A stretch of 64,000 nucleotides of DNA. Origin: Obrimoposthia wandeli. Lineage: Eukaryota. Under the pieces are notes generated by a model that made no database searches, was not told the origin of the DNA, and worked only from the letters and a program-made list of their open reading frames with translations. Shown in pieces: positions 28,291 to 37,669 of this stretch (its first letter is position 1; each line of letters begins with the position of its first letter). The stretch spans positions 124,001 through 188,000 of the forward strand of contig CDROCS010003952.1 of the NCBI GenBank assembly GCA_977020255.1, written 5' to 3'. The translations under genes and the position numbers were made by a program.

Positions 28291-29483
28291 TGTCCATATC
28301 ACGTCAACGTGGCGCAATAGCACTCACATTCACGTTTATGTTACCCGCGATTATGAGCTTATTAGCCATGACGGTGTTTTTTTCGATGTACAGCCAAGTT
28401 GTGATTAGAACGGGTCAAGCTGCTGAAGCCGCAGGGCTTGCCTGCGGGTATCAGCAAAGTGATGAGCGAACCGTTATTGACGGTATTTTAGATTATTACC
28501 GCCCTAATTTTGTGCTGCCTGCGCTTGGTAATAGTGTCAGCTTGGATGGTGATAAGGGTTGTAATATATCAGTGCAATATCATTTTAAACCGGCAATGAA
28601 CAAATTACTGCCAGTTGAAGTTAACAGTTCAAGCTTAGTTACATCAAACAGCGGTTCTAGCGCCAAATTAGTGGAGAATGTTGCGAATGTTATTCAAAAG
28701 CCTACCGATTTTTCACTCGTTCTTGATATTTCAGGTTCGATGGGATCGGATTTACCTGAATTAAAAAGAATCATTACCGATGTGATAAGTGACATTGACC
28801 CAAGTAATAATCAAGTTCGTTTTTCTATTGTGCCTTTTCAAACCGGAGTGGGGGTGATGGCAGCACCTTGGCTTTCGAGCTCTAAAGCAAGTCCTAAGTG
28901 TGTTGATGGCTTGGCTTATCGCAATGGGAATTTCGATGCAGATAAAACCGTGAAATTGTTAAATTCGCCATCCAAAAATCTTGATTTTAAAGAGGTTACA
29001 CCAGGACCTTGGTTAGACCGTTGCAGTAGTACGGCATTTATTTTACCGCTGACCAACGATCTTAATAGCGTAATTGATTATGTCAACAAGCTCAGTACCA
29101 GTGGTACTACCGCGTCTTACCAAGGCTTTATTTGGGGTGTGAGAACGCTTACTGAACAATGGCAGCAGGAATGGAAGATTACCCCTGTGACATCTTCGTC
29201 ACTAACTCAACGATTAATTTTGTTTACCGATGGGTCTGATAACGGCGGTGGGCATTTTGATGACCTAATGAATGCGGGTTTATGTGACGAAATCCAACAA
29301 AACTTAAACATTGTAGTGAGTTTTATCGGTTTTGGTGTATCAGCTAATCGTATTAAGCAATTTCAACAATGCGCAGGCCGTCTTGGTGCGGTGTTTGACG
29401 CTAAAGATAGTCGCGATCTAGCCGGTTATTTTGAGAAGGCACTTAAGGTTGAATCCAAGCCTAGGCTCGTATTGGGTCAGTAG
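28287..29483 (+). CDS. tadG: TadG with vWA domain
   Basis: QRG|AIAL N-terminus, MIDAS motif VLDISGSM, GTT, LFTDG; 6 Cys. Confidence 0.9.
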   Translation: MMSISRQRGAIALTFTFMLPAIMSLLAMTVFFSMYSQVVIRTGQAAEAAGLACGYQQSDERTVIDGILDYYRPNFVLPALGNSVSLDGDKGCNISVQYHFKPAMNKLLPVEVNSSSLVTSNSGSSAKLVENVANVIQKPTDFSLVLDISGSMGSDLPELKRIITDVISDIDPSNNQVRFSIVPFQTGVGVMAAPWLSSSKASPKCVDGLAYRNGNFDADKTVKLLNSPSKNLDFKEVTPGPWLDRCSSTAFILPLTNDLNSVIDYVNKLSTSGTTASYQGFIWGVRTLTEQWQQEWKITPVTSSSLTQRLILFTDGSDNGGGHFDDLMNAGLCDEIQQNLNIVVSFIGFGVSANRIKQFQQCAGRLGAVFDAKDSRDLAGYFEKALKVESKPRLVLGQ

Positions 29484-29543
29484 CGTTTTAGTTTTAAGCT
29501 TTTAGTTTTTGAGAAGTTTTTATTTATTATATTAGAGGTAGTT

Positions 29544-30008
29544 ATGTTTAAAAAGTGGCTTGTGGTGTTCACATTATTATTGTCTAGCCAAGCACATGCT
29601 TATCAACAAGGCGAGATGCTTTCTGCGTCCGCACTGCAGAAGTTAGGTTTAGATCCAAATCGCGTCACTCTGATTGATTTCTTTGCCGAGTGGTGTGTGT
29701 CTTGCCGAGCTGAGTTACCAGAAGTGAATGAGTTTGTCCCTGCATTAAGCTCATTAGGGGTTGATGTTGTTGGTGTTGATGTCGATGAGGACATTGCTGT
29801 CGGTATTGCATTTCAACAATCTCTCGGGCTCAATTTCAGGGTGGTTAATGACGATAAACAAACCCTAGTTGATGACTTTCAACCTATTGGTATGCCTGCA
29901 TTGTATTACGTTTATCAAGGGCAAGTGTTGAAGATCCGTTATGGTGCGATTAACCATATCGGTGACGTCATTTTGAGTGACTTGAAAGCGATGGGATTAA
30001 ATCAATGA
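29544..30008 (+). CDS. Periplasmic TlpA-family thiol:disulfide oxidoreductase
   Basis: Signal peptide ending AHA, DFFAEWCVSC, cis-Pro motif GMPA. Confidence 0.9.
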   Translation: MFKKWLVVFTLLLSSQAHAYQQGEMLSASALQKLGLDPNRVTLIDFFAEWCVSCRAELPEVNEFVPALSSLGVDVVGVDVDEDIAVGIAFQQSLGLNFRVVNDDKQTLVDDFQPIGMPALYYVYQGQVLKIRYGAINHIGDVILSDLKAMGLNQ

Positions 30009-30658
30009 AACCTTATGCCCAATTAACGTTGTTATCTTCGTCGTTGTTTCTGGCTAGTTTTAGCCTGCAAGCTGAAGTGGTCCAAATAGTAGAGTCGGTT
30101 TCTAGCGTTGTCTACCAAGGTGAACAAGCTGTCGCGGTCGTCGAACCATCTGTGGTTCCTGTGCCGACTAAGTCTTACGGAAATGCACCTGAAGTCGTCG
30201 CGATAACGCCTGTGGATGTGCCGCATATTACGGCATTGCCACCTAAATTAGTGATAACGGAATCGGCTATTAAATCGGAAATTAAGGTGAAGCAAGTTGC
30301 GATTATTCACCCTTTACCATTAAAGATAACGCCAAGGCTTGATGTGGCGGGGGATGTTGCAGTAATGCCACCGCTTATGCCAACAAGCATGCTTGTTAAT
30401 CCGATATTGAATACTTCGGAATTAACCAGTTCAGCTCAAACTGAGCTTGATGATGAACCGTCATTATTTTCTGCAATTAGTGATTGGTTTAGCGTTAAAG
30501 AGGTTAAACCTTGGCAAAAAGGCACGCTAGCGAAAAAGGCCATGAAGCCTGGTGGGGAAGTACCCGAATTTGATCTTTTCTCTGAAAAAGTATTTGCCTA
30601 TAAACAAGGTTCTATTGGTGGTAATGGCGTAGGGGGCGGCGGTTGTGGCTGTAACTAA
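30005..30658 (+). CDS. DUF4266-domain protein with long Pro/Val-rich N-terminal extension
   Basis: C-terminal VKPWQKGTLAK...GGNGVGGGGCGCN hallmark; position between TlpA and DUF3570. Confidence 0.82.
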   Translation: MKPYAQLTLLSSSLFLASFSLQAEVVQIVESVSSVVYQGEQAVAVVEPSVVPVPTKSYGNAPEVVAITPVDVPHITALPPKLVITESAIKSEIKVKQVAIIHPLPLKITPRLDVAGDVAVMPPLMPTSMLVNPILNTSELTSSAQTELDDEPSLFSAISDWFSVKEVKPWQKGTLAKKAMKPGGEVPEFDLFSEKVFAYKQGSIGGNGVGGGGCGCN

Positions 30659-30777
30659 ATATACCCATCACTGGCTGTAAATTTAGCTTGTTTTATCGTG
30701 AGTGGTTTATAAGGAATAGCTGATAAGTCACTGTTGATAAAACACTGTTGATAAAATAATGTTGTAACTAATTAAAG

Positions 30778-31995
30778 ATGAATAAAATAATGAATATAAA
30801 ATTACCGTTAACGATACTTGGTCTTGTTGCAGGTTCAGCATCTGCAGCCGATCACATTTCTATCCATCATATGAGCTTTGAAGAATACGGCGATAAAGTT
30901 AAAGCCGGTGATAATGTGTTGTCATTAGAAAAAAATATTGGTTTAGATTGGACTATCACTGCTGAATTGGGCTACGACACTGTTTCTGGCGCTTCTCCAG
31001 CTTGGGTCTCGACGACACCATCATCTGGTTCACATGACCAAATTACCCAAGATGCACAAAATATGACCTCGGAAGTGATCCGAGCAGGTTATGACCCTTA
31101 TCGTGGCAATTATGAAATACGTCCTGTTGAGCTAGAAGATACCCGTTATTCTGCGTCAACTAATGTGACCTACCGTGATAAAGACCGTGATGAATGGACA
31201 GCCGGGGTAAACTATTCGCAAGAGGAAGATTACAAGAGTATGGGCGCCAATGCGAAAGCGTTGTTCTATACCGACAATACTAAAAACCGTTCGTTTAGTG
31301 TTGGTGGCTCGATATTGACGGATCAGACATTAGCATTCCAAGAATATCAAAATGGTGGCAATGCCCAAGAATGGCAAGACATTTTCACATCGAGTATGGA
31401 AGTGGGTATGTCACAAGTATTCACACCTAATTTATATGCCATTTTCACGGCTTATGGCGGTTATAAAAGTGGTTATTTAAGTAATCATTATTTGACCGTA
31501 CTACGTGAAGTAGATATTGATGGTGACGGTTCAATTGGTGATGATGAGGTGTTTTTAGGACAAGATTCACGTCCTGATACTCGTATTTCTGGTGGCGTAA
31601 ACTTGCAAACATTCTACAGCGTTAGCGACAGCGTTGTTGTTCGGCCTCGTTATAAATTCTTTACCGATGACTGGGGCGTAACGTCACATCAACTCGGCGG
31701 TAAAATGAGTGTCAAAGTAACTGATTGGTTAACGTTTGCGCCAGGTTATTTTTGGTACACCCAACAAGGGGCGAACTTCTTTATTGATCCTAAAGCACAA
31801 GATCCTACTTTTGCATCAACAGGTTACGCCACTTCAGATATTCGCTTAGGTGATTTTAATGCTAATGCCTATGAACTGGGGGCAAGCATTAAGTTATCGT
31901 CTAAATGGCGTATGAATGCCTTGGCTGCTTATTATGAACAGAGTAATGGTTATGCGAGTAATTGGTGGGCAGTGGGAGTTACCTATGACTACTAA
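30778..31995 (+). CDS. DUF3570 outer-membrane beta-barrel protein
   Basis: Sec signal (GSASA), DTVSGAS, EEDYKS, GYLSNHY, RPDTR, DDWGVTSH, SDIRL blocks; C-terminal beta-signal VGVTYDY. Confidence 0.85.
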   Translation: MNKIMNIKLPLTILGLVAGSASAADHISIHHMSFEEYGDKVKAGDNVLSLEKNIGLDWTITAELGYDTVSGASPAWVSTTPSSGSHDQITQDAQNMTSEVIRAGYDPYRGNYEIRPVELEDTRYSASTNVTYRDKDRDEWTAGVNYSQEEDYKSMGANAKALFYTDNTKNRSFSVGGSILTDQTLAFQEYQNGGNAQEWQDIFTSSMEVGMSQVFTPNLYAIFTAYGGYKSGYLSNHYLTVLREVDIDGDGSIGDDEVFLGQDSRPDTRISGGVNLQTFYSVSDSVVVRPRYKFFTDDWGVTSHQLGGKMSVKVTDWLTFAPGYFWYTQQGANFFIDPKAQDPTFASTGYATSDIRLGDFNANAYELGASIKLSSKWRMNALAAYYEQSNGYASNWWAVGVTYDY

Positions 31996-32872
31996 CCAAG
32001 CCTATACGCACCATTTTATGGCAATGACTGTACCTTGTGAAGTGACTTTAATTACGATTGATGCTGCGTCTAATGCGGCGCAGCTTGCGCTTGATATTGA
32101 AGCTAATACCAAACGATTGGAAGCCAAGTTTAACTTCTATTCGGATACGTCCATGCTCACTACCTTGATTAATCAGCGAGAGGGCAAGCGAGTAATGGTC
32201 GATGCCGAAACTCGCGATATTTTAACTAAGGTGCGCGATTACAGTGCGTTAACGCAGGGTATTTTTGATATTACCGTTGGCACAGTGAAAGCATTATTAC
32301 AGCGCAGTACGTTAACACGAGAGCAAATCTATCAAGATGCGGCGCCTTATATGGGGCTGAGCGCCTGGGAGATTGAAGATGATTACTTACTCTTACATTT
32401 TCCACTTACTCAGTTAGACCTTGGTGGTGTGATTAAAGAAGTCGCGGTTGATCAAGCGCTGGCGATGGTATCAGCAGCGAGTAGTGGTGTACTGATTAAC
32501 TTTGGTGGTGATATTCGTGTTGCAGGTAAAAAATCTGATGGTGATGATTTCATTGTCGGGGTGGTTAATCCCCATGAGCAAACACAAGCGTTGTTTGCCT
32601 TACCGTTACATAATCAAGCGCTGACCACGTCGGCACATTATGCAAGGCGACAGCAGTTTTCTGATCATGACAGCTCGCACATACTAGCTTCGCAGGATAC
32701 CCATAAACAGGTTATCTCGGTAACCGTTGTCGCCAATACAGCTTTACAAGCTGGGATCATGAGTACCGCATTAACAATTAACCCTCGCTTAGCCGTTCCT
32801 GAAGAAATTGGTTTTGCACTTGTAGATGAACAATTAAATGTTCACCAAAATACGGATTTTTTATTACTATGA
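31985..32872 (+). CDS. apbE: FAD:protein FMN transferase, no signal peptide visible
   Basis: FMAMTV, FDITVGT, LDLGGVIKE, INFGGDI, TTSAHYAR, SHIL motifs; ATG 31985 overlaps the DUF3570 end. Confidence 0.88.
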   Translation: MTTNQAYTHHFMAMTVPCEVTLITIDAASNAAQLALDIEANTKRLEAKFNFYSDTSMLTTLINQREGKRVMVDAETRDILTKVRDYSALTQGIFDITVGTVKALLQRSTLTREQIYQDAAPYMGLSAWEIEDDYLLLHFPLTQLDLGGVIKEVAVDQALAMVSAASSGVLINFGGDIRVAGKKSDGDDFIVGVVNPHEQTQALFALPLHNQALTTSAHYARRQQFSDHDSSHILASQDTHKQVISVTVVANTALQAGIMSTALTINPRLAVPEEIGFALVDEQLNVHQNTDFLLL

Positions 32873-34818
32873 AGTCATTTTTAAAAACATCACTACAGAC
32901 AAATAAGGCTGTAGTGCAGTGCATTATTTTCCTGATGTTACTCATGAGTATCTGCGTATCAACCTGGGCGCAAGCGAGCAGTAATGCACAGGCCAAATTT
33001 TTAACGGTAAACGAGGCTTTTCCATTTACATCTCACATTTCACGATCGAGTGATGGCGATAAACTGGTGCTTAACTTTGCGACTCAAGCGGGTTATTACC
33101 TTTACCATAAACGATTTTCGTTTAAAGCTATTAATGATGAGCTTGATGGCGATATTAGTTTAGCTAAGCCGCAATTTTCGGTGGTCGCAGAGCAGAAACA
33201 GGATCCTAACTTTGGCTTGGTTAAAGTTTATCATCAAGCGTTAACTGTCACGTTACCTTTCACAGGTAGCGGTAATGTGAAGGTTAGTTATCAGGGCTGT
33301 GCCGATAGTGGTTTATGTTATTTACCACAACGTAAAATAATTAATGTGAGTGCGATTGATTCTAATGGCATTGATGTTAACGATGCTAAGGGAGTGAATG
33401 AAAATAAGGTTCCTGCTGTTATAACTGCTGCGGTAAAAGCACAAACAACAGCAGCAAGCAGTTCATTGGTTGCGGCTGTTAATGATACGGCGAATGACAG
33501 TCAAGGTTTGGCTAGCATGCTCGCTGGTACCGGGCGTGCTCAAGCATTATTGTTATTCTTCGTACTCGGTTTAGGGCTTGCATTTACGCCTTGTGTGTTG
33601 CCGATGATCCCGATTTTATCGAGCATTATTGGTGGTCAAGGTGACGGCATGACGGGTTGGAAAGGTTTTTATATTTCGTTAGCGTATGTGCTTGGCATGG
33701 CATCGAGCTATGCCATGATTGGCGTGCTGATGGCGACAGTGGGTCAAGGTATTAATATCCAAGCGGCGATGCAACAGACTTGGTTATTAGTGATTTTCGC
33801 AGGACTGTTTGTATTACTCGCTTTAGCTATGTTTGGGGCTTATGAACTGCAATTACCGTCTCGATTACAGGTGGCGTTAAATAACCAATCACAAAGATTA
33901 TCTGGCGGGAAGGTATTCACCGTGTTCATGATGGGCGCTATTTCAGCTTTAGTCGTATCGCCATGTGTCTCCGCACCTTTGGCTGGGGCGTTACTTTATG
34001 TATCGACTACGCAAGACTGGTTGTTCGGTGGCGGGGTATTATTTGTAATGGCGTTAGGCATGGGCGTACCGCTAGTTATTATTGGTACATCGGGCGGAAA
34101 ATTATTACCGCGCAGTGGTCCTTGGATGATCCGTGTTAAGCAAGGGTTTGGCGTTATGCTATTGGCTATCGCGATATTATTGATTAGCCGGTTTGCGGCA
34201 CCATCGGTGACACTCGGATTATGGGCGCTGTTGATTATCAGCTGTGCGATGTACATTCATAGTATTACTGATATACAAGTAAGTCGATTGTGGTTGCGTC
34301 ACGTGGTGGTGTTCGTGTCCTTGGTTTATGGTGCAATGCTAATGATTGGCGTGGTGACAGGGGCGGATGATATGGCTGACCCGCTGCAGCATATCACCCA
34401 ACGTGGTGTGATGAATAAAGGTACCGAGCAAGGTTCACAACCGTTATTTATGAAAACAGCGTCGGTAACTAAGATTGAAACTGCAATTAATAACTTACCT
34501 GCACTTAAAGCGGTGACTATGGTGGATCTGTACGCAGACTGGTGTACATCATGCAAAGTGATGGATAAGCAGGTATTTTCGCATGCAGACGTGGTCGCTA
34601 AAATGACAGGCATTAATGCAATGAAGTTTGATATTACCGACAATTCAACAGCGCAGTCAGATTGGATGGCGAAAGCGCAGTTATTTGGTCCACCAAGTAT
34701 GCTGTTCTTTGATGCCGATGGTCAGGAGTTGCAACAATTACGCGTTGTTGGAGAAATGGATAAACAGCAGTTCTTGGCGCATCTGGAACTGGTTGTGGGC
34801 ACTGTACCTGTGAGCTAG
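32869..34818 (+). CDS. dsbD: Thiol:disulfide interchange protein DsbD (alpha-beta-gamma)
   Basis: All three Cys pairs intact: QGCADSGLCY; FTPCVLPM and SPCVSAPL; YADWCTSC. Confidence 0.96.
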   Translation: MKSFLKTSLQTNKAVVQCIIFLMLLMSICVSTWAQASSNAQAKFLTVNEAFPFTSHISRSSDGDKLVLNFATQAGYYLYHKRFSFKAINDELDGDISLAKPQFSVVAEQKQDPNFGLVKVYHQALTVTLPFTGSGNVKVSYQGCADSGLCYLPQRKIINVSAIDSNGIDVNDAKGVNENKVPAVITAAVKAQTTAASSSLVAAVNDTANDSQGLASMLAGTGRAQALLLFFVLGLGLAFTPCVLPMIPILSSIIGGQGDGMTGWKGFYISLAYVLGMASSYAMIGVLMATVGQGINIQAAMQQTWLLVIFAGLFVLLALAMFGAYELQLPSRLQVALNNQSQRLSGGKVFTVFMMGAISALVVSPCVSAPLAGALLYVSTTQDWLFGGGVLFVMALGMGVPLVIIGTSGGKLLPRSGPWMIRVKQGFGVMLLAIAILLISRFAAPSVTLGLWALLIISCAMYIHSITDIQVSRLWLRHVVVFVSLVYGAMLMIGVVTGADDMADPLQHITQRGVMNKGTEQGSQPLFMKTASVTKIETAINNLPALKAVTMVDLYADWCTSCKVMDKQVFSHADVVAKMTGINAMKFDITDNSTAQSDWMAKAQLFGPPSMLFFDADGQELQQLRVVGEMDKQQFLAHLELVVGTVPVS

Positions 34819-34912
34819 TTTAGTCGATATGGTTATTCAGTAATATTGGGCTGGTTAGATAAAACCGTGTCGTCGATATGGTTGCTTATTCAGTCTCTTA
34901 TATCAGACGAGC

Positions 34913-36463
34913 TCATATAGATTTAATCATATTCTTTAAACAGGCTTTACCACCGCTGAAGACCCGTTTAAATTGTTCTGACGTGCTGGTATTGCCACTT
35001 TCTAAGCGTTGTCGATTACGCTGTACATTGATGCTTGCATCGAGATTAGTGGCAATCAGTTGTTCTAAGCTTTCAAGCCCCCAGACCTGTGATTCGCTAG
35101 AAAACGATGTCGGGATGATGTTATCCAAGTTGAGCAGTTTTTGATTGTACTCAATGGCTTTATTGATGGTATCAACTTTGGGCGAATCAGACTGATTTAA
35201 ATCATAAGGGGGCGACCATTCTGCTAATGGTTTTAACTTATCAACTTGATTTAGAATACCGGTAATTACAGGCTTCTTACGATGTAAGTTATCCTTGTGC
35301 GCGTAAAACGCTTCTAAGCTGAGCATAAATTGGCGATCAAGTTGGCGTGATGATTGGTTGGCTTTTAACACCCACAGCACCATATCTGCATTCGTCACAT
35401 GTTTGAGTACTGTTTTGTTGGTTTTGTCATTACCATCAAGGCCGGGTAAATCCACTAAATTAAGTACTTCTATATCCCCAATTGCGCAGCTATAAACATT
35501 CACAGCATTGGTTGAGGGCAGTGCACTTACCTCAGCATCAAGCGCGCCTTTAATGGTATTGATAAGCGATGACTTACCCGCACTAATTTGTCCAATAACA
35601 GTAATGCGTAAGGGCTCTAGTGGTTTAGGCTCACTTTGCTCATCTTCCACTGCGATAGTACTTTTCTTAATGTCTTTATCTTCAATCGAAAAGCGGCCAC
35701 TGTATAAATCAATCGAAACGGCAGCGACTTCTTGCAGAAATGCGCGTTTCATATTGAGTTGTAAGTTATCGCCGACGTTACCAGCAATATCGCCGAGCAA
35801 CTTGTTGCGCACTTCTTTAGTGATCGCAGCAACAGGGTTGATAAATTGATAAACGCGATAGGCTTTACTGAGTAAGTCCGCCGCTTGTTTACCGGTTTCT
35901 ATTTTGTCTTGGTGATCAAAAACAAACTTGAGGTGTGAGACTTTAATGCTTTCAACAAAAGGCACGTTGTCTTTGAGGGTTGCACGGTAACGTCTGCTGA
36001 CTTCTTCCAGTAGCTTTAAACCGTCGGTGACTGAAAATTGTAGATCACCGCGCGAGAATGCTTGTGCAGTCACGTTGGCGATAACTAAACCATGGCTTTT
36101 TAACGATCCCCAGGCATCATCTTCGGCTAATTGTGTGTCAATATTTTCATTAAGGCGCTGCCAAATTACATTTTCAGCTTCAGACCAGTCAGCAGAAGCT
36201 TGAACCAGGCTGTCTTCGCTGACTTCCTGTGTCGCTACTTTGATGTTGGCTTTTCTACGTAGCCATAGCAAGGGTATATAGAAAAGGAAAAAACTAGTCA
36301 CCAAGGCAATCGCAAAATGTAAGGTGTAACCATATTGAATAATGGCGTATAAACCAAAACCACACAGCACCAATACCGGTAGCAATATGGCTAACGTCAG
36401 CACGGCAGTGACGCCACTTGAAAGCTTGTCTAACTGGGTTAGGCTGTTTTTAACGCGTTTCAC
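34913..36463 (-). CDS. Membrane-anchored GTPase (2 N-terminal TM, helical region, C-terminal G domain)
   Basis: G1 GQISAGKS, G3 DLPG, G4 NQVD. Confidence 0.85.
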   Translation of the reverse strand: MKRVKNSLTQLDKLSSGVTAVLTLAILLPVLVLCGFGLYAIIQYGYTLHFAIALVTSFFLFYIPLLWLRRKANIKVATQEVSEDSLVQASADWSEAENVIWQRLNENIDTQLAEDDAWGSLKSHGLVIANVTAQAFSRGDLQFSVTDGLKLLEEVSRRYRATLKDNVPFVESIKVSHLKFVFDHQDKIETGKQAADLLSKAYRVYQFINPVAAITKEVRNKLLGDIAGNVGDNLQLNMKRAFLQEVAAVSIDLYSGRFSIEDKDIKKSTIAVEDEQSEPKPLEPLRITVIGQISAGKSSLINTIKGALDAEVSALPSTNAVNVYSCAIGDIEVLNLVDLPGLDGNDKTNKTVLKHVTNADMVLWVLKANQSSRQLDRQFMLSLEAFYAHKDNLHRKKPVITGILNQVDKLKPLAEWSPPYDLNQSDSPKVDTINKAIEYNQKLLNLDNIIPTSFSSESQVWGLESLEQLIATNLDASINVQRNRQRLESGNTSTSEQFKRVFSGGKACLKNMIKSI

Positions 36464-37553
36464 TTTTTGCTACCTCTTTAATATTTGCTAATGCGTCTTT
36501 GTAGACATCCTGCATATCTTGATTAGACACCGTTTCGCCTTTGCTTTTGTGATACATGTATTTACACGCGGCGCGACCAATAGCATAGGTGGATGCAAAG
36601 CTAATGATTGCAGCAGATGCACTACCGATGGTTTGTCCATAAGCTGGAATGAGTTTAACTAATTGGCGGATCCCGAGCTTAGATGCATATTGAAAGGCAA
36701 AGCCAGATCCTAATGTTCCGATAAACTCTGCAAAGGCTTGTTTATCCCAATCGACACCGTATTGATTTGCCAAGCTGTGGAGCATTTTTGCTTGAATGCT
36801 TGGCACGGCGACTAAACCCACGGCGGGTATTGCATCAGCCGCGCCAGCGGAACCTGCGTACCAGAGTATTTCAGTTTTTAGTTTTTGAAAGTTAGCGCCT
36901 TCGGTATCGTCATGTTGCTGCTGTTGATTAAATTGTTGGATGATCGGTAATAGTTCGACCAGCTTTTCTGTTAGTGCGGGTATACCGAATGTCTCGCCAT
37001 TGGCTAATTCAAAATCAACTTCAAGGTAAGCGAGCTGCTCACCCCATATTTTCTCGAACTGTTGCTGGTTATATTGCACCGTTTTAGCTTGCTCATCGGC
37101 GCTCACTTGTTTAACGGCGGTATGGATGATTAAGATTTGTTTGATTGAATTTTGCTTTTTAATCTTCAGTAATGCATTGATAACATCGCTTTGTTCTGGT
37201 TCTTCAGCTTTAGCTATGACAAGTAAAGCATGGCCTTGTTGCGCGCTGATCTCAATATCTTCTGCTGGATCATAATCTGCTTCTGACAATCCTCGGGTAT
37301 CAAGAAAACGCAGTAGGGGCGTTGCTTTAGGGTAGTTATAAGCGTGCGATGTCATGGTACAAGGCTCGAAACCATTACCGACTTCAACATCGCTATCGCC
37401 AGTGATGATCTGTATCAATGATGACTTGCCTGCGCCAGTTTTACCCAGTAGCCATAAGGTTGGCAAATGCGTGTTTTGATACTCGAATGCTTTGGCTATA
37501 TCTGGGTTTTTACTTGGGTTGATAAATTCTTTAATGGCATCAAACATTTTCAA
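36450..37553 (-). CDS. GTPase with C-terminal DUF697/YcjF-like hydrophobic domain
   Basis: G1 GKTGAGKS, G3 DTRG, C-terminal AGAADAIPAVG...QAKML...TYAIG. Confidence 0.83.
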   Translation of the reverse strand: MKMFDAIKEFINPSKNPDIAKAFEYQNTHLPTLWLLGKTGAGKSSLIQIITGDSDVEVGNGFEPCTMTSHAYNYPKATPLLRFLDTRGLSEADYDPAEDIEISAQQGHALLVIAKAEEPEQSDVINALLKIKKQNSIKQILIIHTAVKQVSADEQAKTVQYNQQQFEKIWGEQLAYLEVDFELANGETFGIPALTEKLVELLPIIQQFNQQQQHDDTEGANFQKLKTEILWYAGSAGAADAIPAVGLVAVPSIQAKMLHSLANQYGVDWDKQAFAEFIGTLGSGFAFQYASKLGIRQLVKLIPAYGQTIGSASAAIISFASTYAIGRAACKYMYHKSKGETVSNQDMQDVYKDALANIKEVAKSETR

Positions 37554-37669
37554 GTGCTCTTTGAGTTTTGGTTAGTGATATTTATACTTTCAGTAATGCT
37601 ACAGGGGTATATCCTCATAACTACTTTCAGTTGTATAGTATTCATTCGTTAAGGAAAAGGAAAGTTAGT

